From Tepidiformaceae bacterium (GTDB taxonomy: Bacteria > Chloroflexota > Dehalococcoidia > Tepidiformales > Tepidiformaceae), in assembly GCA_965116915.1 (NCBI GenBank), contig OZ220739.1, positions 630,864-694,863 on the forward strand: DNA of 64,000 bases. The letters run 5' to 3'. Positions 63,037 to 64,000 of this stretch are shown here, in pieces. Position 1 is the stretch's first letter, and the number at the start of each line of letters is the position of its first letter. A program made the position numbers and the translations under genes. A model generated the notes under the pieces. That model had not been told where the DNA came from and did not search any database. It was given only the letters and a program-made list of their open reading frames with translations.

Positions 63037-64000
63037 TCAGGCGGCGATGTCGGTGACCTGGCCGGTGTCCAGGTCGAGGGCGACGACGGTGGTGAGGAGA
63101 CGCTCGCGAAAAGTCTCCTTCGTGGGTGTGGTCTCGACGAGGTGCATCTCTTTCGAGGTGCGCCCCTTGACGAGGATGCGGCTGTCTCCGGCCTCCAGCT
63201 GGAGGTTGTCGAGGAAGCCCGCCGCCACGAGCATGGCCAGGTGGCCGCGCCGCAGCGGCATGAGCGGTCGCGTGCGCTGGTCCTGGGCGGGCCAGAGCAG
63301 GTCGGTGACGGCCGTGCTCGCCCAGAGCCCCGAGCGCCTCGCCTCGTCCGCCGCCGCCACCGGGTCGACGGTGCGGGTCGCGAAGAGCACGTCCCCCGCG
63401 GGCGTGGCCGAGGCCAGGTAGAGGGGGTAGCGCCGGGGAGCGAGCTCGGGAGCCTCTCCCGCCGCCCACCCGTGGATGCGCTCCTCGGCATGGGCGTCGA
63501 GGAAGATTTCACCCTTGCGGTAGCCCATCAGGACGACCTGGTCGTAGGCCTCGCGCTCCGGCTCGGGGAAGGCCCAGCAGTCGAGGCGCGCGAAGTGGGA
63601 GGCGAGGTACCTCGCCGACACCGCCAGCCGCTGCCGGGGCACGACGAGGACGAGCAGGCCGTCCTCCGCCAGGTAGCGGGTGCAGTGGGTGAGGAAGCTG
63701 TGCTCGACGCGCTTCTCCTCGCCCGAGTCCCAGTCATAAGGAGGGTTGAGGTAGAGGAGCCCGAAGGCGCCGTTGGCGATCGAGGTGGCGAAGAGGTCCG
63801 TCCCGAGCACGTGGTCGAGGCGGCTCTTCGCCATCTCGGCGCGCTCGGTGTGCAGTTCCACCCCGTACGTCTCCACGTCGGCCGCGTGTGGCTTCCTGAG
63901 GGCGGCCGCCAGCCGCACGAGGGCATCGCCCTCGCCGCAGCAAGGGTCGAGAACGCGGAGCGTTTCGTCCTTGCGGGCGTAGCCCGCGGGCGGCTGGATC
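63037..64000 (-). CDS. DNA methyltransferase (NPPY type), 5' end beyond the window
   Basis: GLLYLNPPYDW catalytic motif. The frame stays open to the window edge (..CCGEGDALVRLAAAL..). Lies 207 bp upstream of the helicase on the same strand. Confidence 0.8.
   Translation of the reverse strand, partial: IQPPAGYARKDETLRVLDPCCGEGDALVRLAAALRKPHAADVETYGVELHTERAEMAKSRLDHVLGTDLFATSIANGAFGLLYLNPPYDWDSGEEKRVEHSFLTHCTRYLAEDGLLVLVVPRQRLAVSARYLASHFARLDCWAFPEPEREAYDQVVLMGYRKGEIFLDAHAEERIHGWAAGEAPELAPRRYPLYLASATPAGDVLFATRTVDPVAAADEARRSGLWASTAVTDLLWPAQDQRTRPLMPLRRGHLAMLVAAGFLDNLQLEAGDSRILVKGRTSKEMHLVETTPTKETFRERLLTTVVALDLDTGQVTDIAA

Noticed and set aside
60557-63469. 607-aa plus-strand ORF (60557-62380) and the 212-codon upstream extension of the helicase ORF (62831-63469).
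   Set aside because: The plus ORF is antisense to the helicase motifs. The extension is Arg/Gly/Pro-rich and overlaps the methyltransferase 3' end, and a good RBS plus ATG sits at 62830.
1-64000. Search for rRNA, tRNA, CRISPR arrays and IS elements with terminal inverted repeats.
   Set aside because: None were recognised by eye. The only recombinase is the serine recombinase at 20546-21946. A tRNA scan by software would be needed to exclude tRNAs formally.

Overview
This is a high-GC bacterial chromosome segment. The taxon cannot be determined from the sequence alone. I read almost all of it as one mosaic accessory/defence island.

Left edge: a MacAB-type efflux operon with a 920-aa HlyD-family adaptor, an ABC ATPase and an FtsX-type permease. 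It is bracketed by ~67-bp direct repeats.

Right edge: a partial N6-type DNA methyltransferase and an intact 750-aa SNF2-like helicase with a Zn-ribbon insert.

Structural signal: four further pieces of that helicase are scattered through the window (5828-6397 +, 13955-14160 -, 36492-36579 -, 52145-52942 -). Several break at the same 12-bp core, GACTACTCGGTC, just upstream of helicase motif VI. Two conserved flanking modules (A and B) occur as hybrid junctions at 5.8 kb and 13.9 kb and as an uninterrupted B-core-A site at 24.4 kb. I interpret this as repeated site-specific integration or inversion at one hot spot. A large serine recombinase (20546-21946) is the only recombinase present.

Cargo candidates, mostly in visibly lower-GC blocks:
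- A 1707-aa DEDD-exonuclease + RecQ + UvrD triple-fusion helicase next to a TIGR02391-like gene.
- A 1278-aa TPR protein with a PIN-like C-terminus.
- A tightly coupled operon of a small ORF, an SMC/Rad50-like ATPase, a 321-aa unknown and a SIR2 protein (Lamassu-like but permuted).
- A methyltransferase plus a PD-(D/E)xK nuclease pair.
- An AAA (DUF4143-type) ATPase coupled by an ATGA overlap to a 1362-aa STAND NTPase with a C-terminal nuclease-like domain.
- One intact and several decayed AbiE modules, a DUF4160/DUF2442 pair, a ParB-like operon and a four-gene operon of unknowns.

Several toxin or effector genes are truncated or frameshifted while their antitoxin partners stay intact. Host-like genes include a fused histidine kinase/OmpR-type response regulator and a secreted plant-type LRR protein. 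I recognised no rRNA, tRNA or CRISPR array.
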